A stretch of DNA of 64,000 nt from Candidatus Marinacidobacterales bacterium (GCA_965237955.1 OZ250169.1:2720001-2784000), one strand, 5' to 3'. Shown: positions 10,588 through 20,359, counted from the first letter of the stretch. Numbers and translations: made by a program. Notes: generated by a model not told the origin, from the sequence alone.

Positions 10588-11919
10588 ATGGCCCCGGACC
10601 AAGCATTCCCTCTACTCACCGCGCTCGTATTCCTCCCCGCGCTCGGGGGGCTCGTGGTGGCGATCGTAGGACAGAGGAGCGACGTTCTCGTCCCGTGGTT
10701 AGCTGCTCTATTTGCGGGGATGACCCTCGTCCTCGCGGTTTGGGTCCTCGGTGAGACTGGCGGGGGTGGTCTTTCGGAGCTTCGCGCTTGGGTGCCGGCG
10801 TTGGGTGTGTCGTTCATCCTCGAAAGTGACTGGTTGAGCTCGGTCCTTACGGTGTGGGTGGCGCTTTCGACGTTGCTCACGCTGATAGCGACGCTTCCGG
10901 GCTTGCGCACCGCGGCGCTGGTGCTGTTTTTGGAGACCGCGGCGAACGGGATCTTTTTCGCGCAGGACGTTTTTCTGGTGTTCGCTTTTCTCGGGGGCGT
11001 CGTGGTTGCCGTCGCTTTGCTCTCGAGCGTGCCGCGGAACGTCTTGGTCTTCGCGACAGCGGGACTGACAGTGCTGTTTGGCTGGTTCGTCCGTTTTTAT
11101 CAAATGGCTTATGCCCAGACGGGGTTCGCGTCGACCGAGCTCGCGCGGTGGCGCTCGCTCGTCCTCTATCCCGACGAGGAGCGTTCGCTGTTCCTTCTCG
11201 GGGCGTGCGGGATCGCCTTGTTGGTTCCCGCGTTCGTGATCGCCGTGGACAACGCACCGCGGGCGCATCGGCTCGTATTGATTGCGACAATAGGTGTCAT
11301 CGGGAGTTATCTCGTGCTCCGTCTCCTGGTGCCGCTTTGCCCGCGCGGCGCGGAGGCTTCTTCGAGTTGGGTGTTGGCGTTCGCGGCCCTGGTGATGGCA
11401 TCGGCGGGGCTCGCGCGCGGTTTCTCGCTCATGGCCGTTGGTTATCACGGACTCGTTCTATTTGGGCTGTTTACGTTCCAAGAGAGCGTCGTCGTCGGCG
11501 CGGAGCTCATGATGATAGCGGTCGCGATTGGCTTCTTCGGTCTGGTGCTCACGACGTCCCGGGGGCTCGTTCTGTACTTCGTGTTGTTTCTCATCGGCAT
11601 GCCGATCGTGTCCGTCCTCGTGCCTGCCTGGGAAGGCCATCCGCTTTGGGCGACGCTCGGGACGCTCACGTTCTTGATGATGGCCTACCGTTTCGTCACC
11701 CTCGCCAAGGCATCGCCTGTGAATAATGTCGATAACGTCGCGAACGGGAGTCGCCGCCGTCTCCTCTCGGCATCCCCCGTGATCTTGTGGAGCGTATCGA
11801 TGATCATCGGATGGAGCGTATGGGCGGCGCAGGTGAAGCCGTCGGCTATCGACTTCATCAACTCGTCGTCAGTACGGCGGGCACGGCCGGCACAGCCGGC
11901 ACAGGATGAGAAGCCCTAG
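10588..11919 (+). CDS. Divergent NuoM/MrpD-like antiporter-fold membrane protein
   Basis: NuoM-like N-terminus (LLTALVFLPALGG, WVPALGVSF, D-x-LS, GIFFAQD), many TM segments; conserved charged residues appear absent. Confidence 0.65.
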   Translation: MAPDQAFPLLTALVFLPALGGLVVAIVGQRSDVLVPWLAALFAGMTLVLAVWVLGETGGGGLSELRAWVPALGVSFILESDWLSSVLTVWVALSTLLTLIATLPGLRTAALVLFLETAANGIFFAQDVFLVFAFLGGVVVAVALLSSVPRNVLVFATAGLTVLFGWFVRFYQMAYAQTGFASTELARWRSLVLYPDEERSLFLLGACGIALLVPAFVIAVDNAPRAHRLVLIATIGVIGSYLVLRLLVPLCPRGAEASSSWVLAFAALVMASAGLARGFSLMAVGYHGLVLFGLFTFQESVVVGAELMMIAVAIGFFGLVLTTSRGLVLYFVLFLIGMPIVSVLVPAWEGHPLWATLGTLTFLMMAYRFVTLAKASPVNNVDNVANGSRRRLLSASPVILWSVSMIIGWSVWAAQVKPSAIDFINSSSVRRARPAQPAQDEKP

Positions 11920-12943
11920 CATGGATGGAGTGTCGGTGTTCGTCGGCAGCTTGATCGCCGTCGTCGTCATACTCGACGCGATCGCCGAGGCTCGAAACGA
12001 GCGCGATCCCCACCGGTCTCTCGTGGCCTTTCTCGGACTTTTTCTCGCCGCGTCGACCCGAGACTTGCTTTGGATCTACGTTGGCTTCGAAGCGTTCTCG
12101 CTCGCGGCGATAATCCGCTACGCGAAGCTCCGCGGTGCGCCGCTTCGAGCGCGCGCGATCGTCGGCTCGGGCGCGTCGCTCCTCGGAGTCCTGCTCGTGG
12201 CGGTCTCGTCGCGCGCGACCGATCTTGCCGAGCTCGAGTCGACGACGGCGGTGAACCTCGGTGTCCTGTTGTTCGCGGCCGGCCTCATCATCAAGTGGCT
12301 GCAGTCGCAAGCCGAGCCCTTTCTGTTTCTCGGCGCGTCCGTTGCTCTCGTCGCCGTGTTCGTCCGGGTCGAGGCGTGGGCGCCCGGGATCGCGGACGAG
12401 CTCGAGACGGTGTCGTGGCTGGTCGCCGCGGCGGCCATCGTCGCCGGCGGTGTGGGCTCGGCGCTTGCCGCGTCGACACGCTCGCTCGGAGTTTGGCTTA
12501 CGATCTTCACGGTCGGTCTTGCCGTGATCGCGCTCTCCGGCGGCGCACCGGCACTTCCCCACCTGCTGATGCATCTCGCGGCGTCGAGTGTCGTGATCGC
12601 GCTGGTCCTTACCGGGACGAAGCCCGCCGGCACGTGGCTTGCGATGTTGTCGCTCGCATCCGTGCCGCCTTTTCCCGGGTTCGTCACCAAGCTCGCGCTC
12701 TTGGCGGGCCTTCAGCCGAACACGTTGACGGTCGCGCTCGTCGGGTTGCTCTTCGCCGGGATTGGTTGCGCGCGGGAGGTGGAGCGCCCAAAACTATTCT
12801 CTCTCCGTGACGATGATGCGTCCACGCGCTCGGCTGGACGCTCATGGGTGACGCTCGCGGCGCTCGCGGCGGTATTGGTGTTCGGATTGTTTCCAGAAGC
12901 GCTAATAGGCGCGGCGACCCGCGCGGCCTCCGGGCTATTCTAA
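11906..12943 (+). CDS. Divergent, shortened NuoN-like antiporter-fold membrane protein
   Basis: DLLWIYVGFEAFSL and LSLASVPPFPGFVTK NuoN motifs; only 345 aa. Confidence 0.7.
   Translation: MRSPSMDGVSVFVGSLIAVVVILDAIAEARNERDPHRSLVAFLGLFLAASTRDLLWIYVGFEAFSLAAIIRYAKLRGAPLRARAIVGSGASLLGVLLVAVSSRATDLAELESTTAVNLGVLLFAAGLIIKWLQSQAEPFLFLGASVALVAVFVRVEAWAPGIADELETVSWLVAAAAIVAGGVGSALAASTRSLGVWLTIFTVGLAVIALSGGAPALPHLLMHLAASSVVIALVLTGTKPAGTWLAMLSLASVPPFPGFVTKLALLAGLQPNTLTVALVGLLFAGIGCAREVERPKLFSLRDDDASTRSAGRSWVTLAALAAVLVFGLFPEALIGAATRAASGLF
12783..12811 (+). repeat. 29-bp direct repeat, copy 2 (inside the NuoN-like CDS)
   Basis: AGCGCCCAAAACTATTCTCTCTCCGTGAC. Confidence 0.85.
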
Positions 12944-14353
12944 ATCGCTCAGCCCATCTCGAACGAAATGCTCTTCCTCGGGCGCGACAGTCCTCAAGTC
13001 GAGAAGGACACGGTCCTCGGAGATGCGTGCGATCACCGCAGGCCGACGGTTTCGGAGCGTGGTCAAGAGCGTGTCAGCCGACACACCTTTCTTGGTCACA
13101 GCGATGACGCACGTGGGAAGCTCGGCGTCCGCTGCCGCGCCGCCGCCGACGCGGGACGTTGCCTCTTCGATCGAGAGCTCGAGTGCGTCGTTCTTCACCG
13201 CCGCGACGAGTTTCTGGGAGCGCGTGCGGATCTCGTCCTTGGTAGCCGCGAGCATGCGCAGAACCGGGATCTCTTTGGTGGCCTTGCGTTCGACGAACGA
13301 GAGCAACGTGGCTTCGAGAGCGGCATAGATCAGCTTGTCGACACGGAGCGCCCGTGCCATGGGGTTGATACGGCAGGCCTCGACGGCGGAGTCGCGTCCA
13401 ATGAGAATGCCCGCTTGGGGGCCGCCGAGGAGCTTATCGCCCGAGAAGATCGACAGGTGAACACCGCTCGACAGACTTTCCGTCACCGTCGGCTCGTTCG
13501 CCAATCCGAACGGAGCGAGAGACAAAAGATTGCCGCTCCCGAAGTCTTCGATGACGGGGAGATTTTTTTCTTCGCCGAGCGCGACCATCTCTTCCGTCGT
13601 CGCCGACTCGGTGAAACCGACGATGCGGAAATTCGATGGATGCACTCTGAGGAGTGCTCCCGTGTCGGGGCCAATCGCTCCCGCGTAGTCCGCGATGCGG
13701 GTCTTGTTGGTCGTACCGACCTCGCGGAGGCGGGCACCGCTTCGAGCGAGAATATCCGGCACGCGAAACGAGCCGCCGATCTCGACCAGCTCACCGCGGG
13801 AGACGATCACTTCTTTCCCGGCAGCGAAAGTATTGAGGCTCAACATCACCGCGGCGGCGGCGTTGTTCACCACAATGGCGTCGGTGCCCGGAAACAGGCG
13901 CGATAGCAGGCGAGCCGCATGCTGGTGCCGGCTTCCACGTTTGCCGGTTTGGAGATCGAGCTCGAGGTTGGAGTAGCCACAGGCGATCGCCTGTACCGAT
14001 GCCGCGGCGCGGGACGAAAGCGGAGCGCGCCCGAGGTTGGTGTGCACGATGACTCCGGTTGCGTTGATCGCCGAGCTCAGGCTCGCGCGAATTTCCGATT
14101 CGAGCTTCCTACCGACGGTGTCGGTGAGCGATTCGATGGCTCGCTCGAGCTCGAGCGCCTCCATTCCCGCCTCGATGTCGGAACGCAAGTCGACGAGCAC
14201 GGCGCGAGCGGCGTCGGTGAGCGCGTCTCTGCCGAAATCATGCTCGAGGTCGTCGATACCCGGAAGCGAAAGCATTCGCTCGACGCTAGGAAGGCGTCTG
14301 AGAAGTTTCTTGCGGGAATTGGGGGGCGAGAGGGAATTGGGTCTCTTTGACAA
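12935..14353 (-). CDS. selA: L-seryl-tRNA(Sec) selenium transferase (start uncertain)
   Basis: INATGVIVHTNLGRA, SRGELVEIGGSFR, EVGTTNKT and the PLP lysine motif FSGDKLLGGPQAG. Confidence 0.95.
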   Translation of the reverse strand: MSKRPNSLSPPNSRKKLLRRLPSVERMLSLPGIDDLEHDFGRDALTDAARAVLVDLRSDIEAGMEALELERAIESLTDTVGRKLESEIRASLSSAINATGVIVHTNLGRAPLSSRAAASVQAIACGYSNLELDLQTGKRGSRHQHAARLLSRLFPGTDAIVVNNAAAAVMLSLNTFAAGKEVIVSRGELVEIGGSFRVPDILARSGARLREVGTTNKTRIADYAGAIGPDTGALLRVHPSNFRIVGFTESATTEEMVALGEEKNLPVIEDFGSGNLLSLAPFGLANEPTVTESLSSGVHLSIFSGDKLLGGPQAGILIGRDSAVEACRINPMARALRVDKLIYAALEATLLSFVERKATKEIPVLRMLAATKDEIRTRSQKLVAAVKNDALELSIEEATSRVGGGAAADAELPTCVIAVTKKGVSADTLLTTLRNRRPAVIARISEDRVLLDLRTVAPEEEHFVRDGLSDLE

Positions 14354-14383
14354 TGTGGAACCTTGAAGGCTAGCATTTTAACA
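14347..14383. promoter_or_regulatory. Overlapping divergent promoters for selA and the 14432 gene
   Basis: Plus strand TTGACA-N18-TAGCAT; minus strand TGtTAAAAT. Confidence 0.5.
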
Positions 14384-14431
14384 TGGAGCGTGCGTGCGAC
14401 TGGAAGCGAACCGGAAGCGAACCGCAAAAGA

Positions 14432-14896
14432 ATGACTACCGAACGCCCTAAGAACTTCATCGAGCGATTGCCTGCGATCATCGAGCGGGAGGAGGAAGAC
14501 ATCACCCACCTCGACCCCGAGATGGTTGCGATCCTCTATCCGAACCGAGCGGACAAGACGTTCAACGTCACCATCGTTTTCGGCCCACCGCCGCCGGCGG
14601 GAGACGACTCGGACACCATTGAGACTGAGACTGAGACTGACACGGCCAAGGATTACGATCGCGCCGTCGCCATTGCGCGTAAATCGACGCGATATCGCTC
14701 GGAAGGCACCGGGCGTTATCTCCGGCACCACGCTACGTTCGGCATCGACGACGTGAACCACTTGCACGAGGTATTTTATCGGGTGAGCGAGTACCCGTTC
14801 TGTGAGATTCTCGTGAGAGGTAAGCGAGTGCCCTACGGTCGAGAGCTTTGGCTACCGCTTCTGTGGTTCTTCAGAAAAGACCCCACGGAGATGTGA
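14432..14896 (+). CDS. Hypothetical protein
   Basis: Genome-typical codon usage from ATG 14432; C-terminal PYGRELWLPL; internal (GAGACT)3 repeat encoding ETETET. Confidence 0.7.
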   Translation: MTTERPKNFIERLPAIIEREEEDITHLDPEMVAILYPNRADKTFNVTIVFGPPPPAGDDSDTIETETETDTAKDYDRAVAIARKSTRYRSEGTGRYLRHHATFGIDDVNHLHEVFYRVSEYPFCEILVRGKRVPYGRELWLPLLWFFRKDPTEM

Positions 14897-14898
14897 CG

Positions 14899-15448
14899 AT
14901 GGGTTTTCAAGAGGACATGAGGGATCTGGTAAAGCATTTCAAGCTCCTGGAGCGCGAGTACGAGCAGTGGTTTTCAGGCGCGCTCGTGACGCCACCTTGG
15001 AGCACGCAGAAAAAGTGCGAGAACATCGTCGGGGAGTACAGCAGAAACCCGCCGCAGAACATGTCAGAGCAATCGATCTTTGCGATGCATCAGGCGAAGT
15101 TCGCCACCCACATGGAAATGTGGAACCGGAGGATGCGTCTCAAAGAAGAGGGGAAGCTTCCGACGGGCCGCAAGGAACGCTCGAAGCGAGTTCCCAGGCC
15201 GGGGGCGCCGCGTGACGGGGGTCGTGGCGCCGGCGACGAGCAATACCGCAAAGTGTTCGACTCCTACGTCGCGGCTAAGCAAAACGCCGGCGAAGCCACG
15301 GCGAAGCTCAAACTACGAGAGTTTCAAGAGCGCGCTCCAGAAACAGGCCGACCAGCTTCGTGCGAAACGTGGCATCCAGAACGTGAACTTCGGCGTGTCC
15401 GTCAAAAACGGCAAAGTGTCGGTGGTCGCACGCAAGAAAAAATCGTAA
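14899..15448 (+). CDS. MXAN_5187 C-terminal-domain-like protein, frameshifted near 15310
   Basis: LEREYEQWFSG...YVAAKQNAGE continues in another frame as NYESFKSALQKQADQLR...NFGVSVKNGKV; one extra A at 15310-15312. Confidence 0.65.
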
Positions 15449-15456
15449 AGTCTCCC

Positions 15457-16209
15457 ATGCGATCGCTCGCGCTTACTCTGTTGGCCGCCGGGTTCGTCCT
15501 TCTAGTGTCGAGCTCACACCTCGAGGCGTGGCCCAAAGAGGCCTATCGCAACATGGTGTACGACACCATGCGGCTCATGCCACCGCGGCTGGCCCGGGTG
15601 TTGCTGTCGCGCGACCATGCCATTTTGCGAGGCGTCACAAGCCTCGAAGGTGACACGGCGTCGACGCTGGCGCGTGACGGGATGCGGGGACAACTTTCTG
15701 TCGACCTCGTGGAGGACGTCGAAGCGCGCATCGCCCGCGTCGTGCGCTTGGTCGATGAGCACCACTCCCTCGACGAGGTGGCGGAAGAGCTCGGGCGGCT
15801 CTTACGGATTGCGGCGGATATCGCCGATCCGGCGGTGCTCGGCGCGGGGAGCGCGGAGCTTCGCCGTGTCGTCTCCGAGTATTATCGATTCGTAGGCTTG
15901 AACTTGACGAAGTTTCCGCTCGTTCACGACGGTGGACTTCCTTCGACCGTCGAGGGAGCGTCGGTGCGCACGTTGCTCGTGCAAGTGGCGTCGGACACGA
16001 GCGCTTCGGTGTCGCCACTTTCGAAAGCGTTTTGGCAGGATGGGCGCGTCATGCCCGCGGGCTCATTCGACTACCGCTCGGTGCCCTATGCCGAGACGTC
16101 GCTCAGCTACTCTCGGGGCGTCACCGCGGCAGCGTATTTGTGGCTGTCGGCGTGGGCGAAGGCGAACGGTGACTTCACCGGCTATCGATTCGGCAACAAA
16201 AAGCCCTGA
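15457..16209 (+). CDS. Exported helical protein, possible phospholipase C/P1-nuclease-fold homologue
   Basis: Signal peptide ending LEA-W; LGRLLRIAADIADP resembles the LG-x-x-x-H-x-x-x-D-x-x-x-P pattern but lacks His. Confidence 0.6.
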   Translation: MRSLALTLLAAGFVLLVSSSHLEAWPKEAYRNMVYDTMRLMPPRLARVLLSRDHAILRGVTSLEGDTASTLARDGMRGQLSVDLVEDVEARIARVVRLVDEHHSLDEVAEELGRLLRIAADIADPAVLGAGSAELRRVVSEYYRFVGLNLTKFPLVHDGGLPSTVEGASVRTLLVQVASDTSASVSPLSKAFWQDGRVMPAGSFDYRSVPYAETSLSYSRGVTAAAYLWLSAWAKANGDFTGYRFGNKKP

Positions 16210-16242
16210 CGCTCGGAAGCCTCCCGCAGTAGAATTCCGTCC

Positions 16243-17817
16243 ATGAAAAAGCGTGCGCTTTTGAGCGTAGCGGACAAAGAAGGTCTGCCCGAGTTCGCCA
16301 AAGGACTTGTAGAGCGGGGGTTCGAGATCGTCTCGAGCGGCGGCACCGCCACCGTGCTCGAAGGCGAGAACGTGCCGGTAAAACGCGTTTCGGAGATCAC
16401 CGGGTTTCCGGAAATCCTGGGAGGACGGGTCAAGACGCTTCACCCGATGATTCACGGCGGTATCCTTGCCAGGCGGCATCGCGAAGACGACGTTTCCGAG
16501 CTCGAGAGCCACGGCATTCTCCCGGTGGACGTGGTGGCCGTGAACTTCTATCCGTTCGAGAAGACGGTCGCTGCCGGCAGGCCGATCGATGAAGTTCTCG
16601 AGAACATCGATATTGGTGGTCCGTCGATGCTCCGCGCATCGGCGAAAAACTTCAAGGACGTGCTTCCCGTGACCGACCCGAAGGACTATGAAGTCGTCCT
16701 TTCGAAGCTCCGTGAGGGCGTCGACGCCGGCGTCGGCGTCGATCTTAAGACTCGACTCTACCTGGCCGCGAAAGCGTTCGCCGCTTCCAGCCGGTACGAA
16801 GACGCCGTTGCAACGTTTGTGGCTCGGCTGGGCGCGGACGGCGATACCCTCGCGCTCGATGACAACGCGTCTCGTTTTCCGGAGGAGCTCGCGCTGCGCT
16901 TTACCAAGGTCCAGGATCTTCGCTACGGCGAGAATCCGCATCAAGCGGCGGCGTTTTACCGAGACAGCGCGCTCGCGGTAGCGGGCGCGACGAAGCTCCA
17001 CGGAAAAGAGCTCTCGTACAACAATATTCTCGACCTCGATGCCGCATGGCGCCTCGTGCGCGAGCTCCCGGGCTCGCGTGCGGCCGCTGTCGTCATCAAG
17101 CACACGAACCCGGCCGGGGCCGCGCTGGGCGAATCTCTCGTCGACGCCTATGTCAACGCGCGGGCGACCGATCCCGTGTCTGCGTTCGGCGGCATCGTTG
17201 CGTTGAGCCGACCCGTCGACAGTGCCACCGCGGAAGAGCTCGCCTCCACGTTTCTCGAGGCGATCATCTCCCCGTCATTCGAGCCCGAGGCGCTCGAGAT
17301 CCTGACGAAGAAGAAAAATCTCCGTTTGATGACCGTGACCGATGAAGACCCGTTGCCGTGGGATGGACGCAATCTGTGCCGGGTGCTCGGGGGCGTCCTC
17401 GTGCAGGATTGGGATGCCGACGGCGTAGAGGAAGCGTTCGAGGTCGTGACCGAGCGGATTCCGATGGATTCACAAGAGCGCACGCTCCGTCTTGCTTGGA
17501 TCGCGGCCAAACACGTCAAGTCGAACGCCATCGTGCTCGCGAAAGGCGATGCGCTAATAGGTGTCGGTGCGGGACAGATGAGCCGTGTCGACTCGTGCCG
17601 CATCGCCGTGGAAAAAGCGCAGAGCTCTCTCGACGGTTCCGTCGCGGCGTCGGACGCGTTCTTCCCGTTCCGAGACGGCGTCGATGCGCTCGCCGATGCC
17701 GGCGTCGTCGCGGTGGTGCAACCAGGCGGCTCGGTGCGCGACGACGAAGTGATCGCCGCGGCCAACGAACGAGGCGTGGCTATGGTTTTTACGGGAAAGC
17801 GGCACTTCAAGCATTGA
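16243..17817 (+). CDS. purH: Bifunctional AICAR transformylase/IMP cyclohydrolase
   Basis: RALLSVADK, GRVKTLHP, LRYGENPHQ, ASDAFFPF and terminal RHFKH. Confidence 0.98.
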   Translation: MKKRALLSVADKEGLPEFAKGLVERGFEIVSSGGTATVLEGENVPVKRVSEITGFPEILGGRVKTLHPMIHGGILARRHREDDVSELESHGILPVDVVAVNFYPFEKTVAAGRPIDEVLENIDIGGPSMLRASAKNFKDVLPVTDPKDYEVVLSKLREGVDAGVGVDLKTRLYLAAKAFAASSRYEDAVATFVARLGADGDTLALDDNASRFPEELALRFTKVQDLRYGENPHQAAAFYRDSALAVAGATKLHGKELSYNNILDLDAAWRLVRELPGSRAAAVVIKHTNPAGAALGESLVDAYVNARATDPVSAFGGIVALSRPVDSATAEELASTFLEAIISPSFEPEALEILTKKKNLRLMTVTDEDPLPWDGRNLCRVLGGVLVQDWDADGVEEAFEVVTERIPMDSQERTLRLAWIAAKHVKSNAIVLAKGDALIGVGAGQMSRVDSCRIAVEKAQSSLDGSVAASDAFFPFRDGVDALADAGVVAVVQPGGSVRDDEVIAAANERGVAMVFTGKRHFKH

Positions 17818-17974
17818 TCCGCCATCCGCCATCGGCCGTCAGCCATCCGCCGCTGATCTGCTCGTCTCCGGGGCGGGCGGTGTCAGCTCCCAACGCCGTC
17901 GCTACTCTCCAGCACGGCCTGCCCGTCAGCGCCGTCCTGCTGATGGCTGATGGCCGATGGCTGATGGCCGAATC
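17816..17974. repeat. Heptamer-armed palindromic element A2
   Basis: GCCATCN arms and an 82-bp core homologous to A3/A4; fills the convergent purH/hldE gap from stop to stop. Confidence 0.9.
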
Positions 17975-18935
17975 AAACTAACTCCTCCAATTCCACCGTC
18001 GCCGTTCCCAATTTCCCCACAACCACTCCCGCCGCTCGATTCGCTAGCTCGGAAGCGTCGGGGAGGCTCGCGCCGGCTGCCAGCGCCACCGCCGCCGCAG
18101 CGATCACGGTGTCGCCAGCGCCCGACACGTCGAAGACTTCGCGCGCGAAGGTGGGAATGTGGTGCGGTGATTGGCCGGTTTCGAAAAGTGTCATGCCTTG
18201 TTCGCCACGGGTGATGAGAACAGCGGTGCAGCCGAGCTCGTCCAGGATCGACCTGGCGGTTTGGGCTATATCGTCATCGGTTGAAACGGCCATCCCCGCG
18301 AAGCGCGCGGCTTCGCTGAGATTGGGTGTTACCAGGGTGACGCCTTGGTAGAGCCGGTACCGGCGCAGTTTTGGATCGACGAGAATGGGGATCGCGCGCT
18401 CCTTCGCGAGCTCGATAGCGCGCTCGATGACGCGCGGCGTAAGCGTTCCTTTCGCGTAGTCGGATAGAACGACGGCGCGTGCTCGGCCGACGATGTCGGC
18501 GAGAGCGTCGAGGGCGCGCGCCTCGACGTCGCCGTTCAAGTCGGTCACCGACTCCCAGTCGGCACGGACGACTTGCTGGCTTCCCGCGATGATGCGCGTT
18601 TTCACCGTCGTCCGGCGAGCTCTGTCGTCGAGCACCGCGTCATCGGAGAGGCCGCGGTCGCGAAGAGCTTGGCGTAGCTGGCTCGAAGCGTCGTCGTCGC
18701 CGACGACGCCGAGAAGAAGCGGAGTCACGCCGAGACTTTCGAGGTTGCGCGCGACGTTGGCGGCGCCGCCGAGGTGAAAGCTCTCGCGCTCGATCTCGAC
18801 AATGGGTACTGGCGCTTCCGGCGAAATCCTCGAGACGTTCCCCCAAACGAACCGGTCCAGCATCAGATCTCCGACGACGGCGATCGCCTCGCCTTTGATG
18901 CGCTTGACGCGCTTGAGAAGATCCACCGGACTCAT
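17973..18935 (-). CDS. rfaE1: D-glycero-beta-D-manno-heptose-7-phosphate kinase (RfaE domain I/HldA)
   Basis: VVGDLMLD, RISPEAPVP, LSDYAKG and DVSGAGDTV motifs; ATG 18935 overlaps the upstream stop. Confidence 0.93.
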   Translation of the reverse strand: MSPVDLLKRVKRIKGEAIAVVGDLMLDRFVWGNVSRISPEAPVPIVEIERESFHLGGAANVARNLESLGVTPLLLGVVGDDDASSQLRQALRDRGLSDDAVLDDRARRTTVKTRIIAGSQQVVRADWESVTDLNGDVEARALDALADIVGRARAVVLSDYAKGTLTPRVIERAIELAKERAIPILVDPKLRRYRLYQGVTLVTPNLSEAARFAGMAVSTDDDIAQTARSILDELGCTAVLITRGEQGMTLFETGQSPHHIPTFAREVFDVSGAGDTVIAAAAVALAAGASLPDASELANRAAGVVVGKLGTATVELEELV

Positions 18936-20140
18936 GTGCTGGCCTCGGCGTCGTCGTCGACGACGCGATCGAGGATCCATGGAATCGTCATCGCGAACAG
19001 AAACAACATTTGGAACTCCGAATCCCCGAAGTTGTACTCGAACGCTCCGGCGAGGAAACCGGCGAGGAGCACTCCGAGCGATCCGGCAGCGAGGGCTCGG
19101 CCTCGAGAGTCGTTGACGGCGCGTCGGAACGCGCGGCCACTGGTGATGAAGGCGACTCCGAGAATCCACAACCACGCCGCCAGGCAAGGGAGCCCGCGCT
19201 CGGCAGCGATCTGCATCACATTGTTGTGAAGGTGCGGGTTGTCGCGGTGGGGTGCGTCCCGCGCTACGTAAATAGGGTAGACCTCGGCGACCATGTTTGG
19301 TCCCACGCCGAGCCACGGATGATTCACCACCATCCTCATTCCCGCCTGCAGCATGTACACGCGGTCGAACCCGGACGTGTCCGGCGTCAGAAACGATCCG
19401 AGGCGACGCTCGACATCATGCGGGAGCACCAACGTTACCGCCACCGCTATGATAGGCACGAGGAGTAGCAGCCGCTTGTCACGGAGAAATGCGAGCGTGA
19501 CCGCTCCGACAGCCATTCCGATCCAGGCGTTCCGTGTCAGCGACAATAACAGCGCAAGGCTGATCACAGCGAGGCTCGGGATGAGGAATCCGCGGTATCG
19601 GTCGCGAAACAAAAGCTCAGCGAAGGCGAGGATGCCGACCCCCATCAGCAACCCCGCGTAAGTCATGTAATGGCTCATGAAGCCACGGATGCGGTGATTG
19701 AGCTCGCCGAGCTCGCCGAATTGGTATTGCCACAAGCCTATTAGCGCGCCGATGTCCGCCATGACGATCAGGACGAGGACGAGGGTCTCGACACTGGAGC
19801 TCCGGCGCACGGTGCTCACCACCATGAACGGGACCACGAGGAGGAGCAGCTTCTTACTCGCCTGAAGGCTGAACACCGGATCGAACGAGAACAGCGCCGC
19901 CAACAAGCTCGAGCCGGCGTAGAGTGCGAACGCTCGATCCACCGGCAACGGGTAGACCGTGAGCGTTCCCTGTAAAACCCGGTACAGCCACACGCACACG
20001 AGGACGGCAAGAACGATCTGCGAAGCCGCGATCGAGACCTGGATCAGCGCCAGCCAGAATGCGATCCCGTAGACGAAGCGGGAATCTTGCTCCTCGGACA
20101 GAAACCAAGGGCGAGGCAGGGTGCTTGCGTCCGTACTCAT
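18932..20140 (-). CDS. O-antigen ligase family protein
   Basis: Multi-TM; SLTRNAW, HPWLGVG and HLHNNVMQIAAERG motifs. Confidence 0.9.
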   Translation of the reverse strand: MSTDASTLPRPWFLSEEQDSRFVYGIAFWLALIQVSIAASQIVLAVLVCVWLYRVLQGTLTVYPLPVDRAFALYAGSSLLAALFSFDPVFSLQASKKLLLLVVPFMVVSTVRRSSSVETLVLVLIVMADIGALIGLWQYQFGELGELNHRIRGFMSHYMTYAGLLMGVGILAFAELLFRDRYRGFLIPSLAVISLALLLSLTRNAWIGMAVGAVTLAFLRDKRLLLLVPIIAVAVTLVLPHDVERRLGSFLTPDTSGFDRVYMLQAGMRMVVNHPWLGVGPNMVAEVYPIYVARDAPHRDNPHLHNNVMQIAAERGLPCLAAWLWILGVAFITSGRAFRRAVNDSRGRALAAGSLGVLLAGFLAGAFEYNFGDSEFQMLFLFAMTIPWILDRVVDDDAEAST

Positions 20141-20160
20141 CTGAGGATGGATTTTAATCC

Positions 20161-20359
20161 AGCCATCGGCCATCGGCCATCGGCCTGTTGAAACGATCCG
20201 CCATCAGCCGTCGGCCATCCGCCATCCGCCGCTGAAGGCCCCGCCTCCGAGCCCGGCGGCCTCGACTCGCAACACCGTCGCGACTCTCGAGCAATGACTT
20301 CCCGTAGACGCCGACCTGTTGATGGCTGATGGCTGATGGCCGATGGCCGACGGCAGATC
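20161..20359. repeat. Heptamer-armed palindromic element A3
   Basis: GATC-terminated arms at 20195-20359 with an 82-bp core; extra array at 20161-20185. Confidence 0.9.

Noticed and set aside
14848-16209. 453-aa ORF-track fusion protein
   Set aside because: Artefact of a +1 frameshift near 15310; an internal signal peptide at 15457 marks a separate gene.
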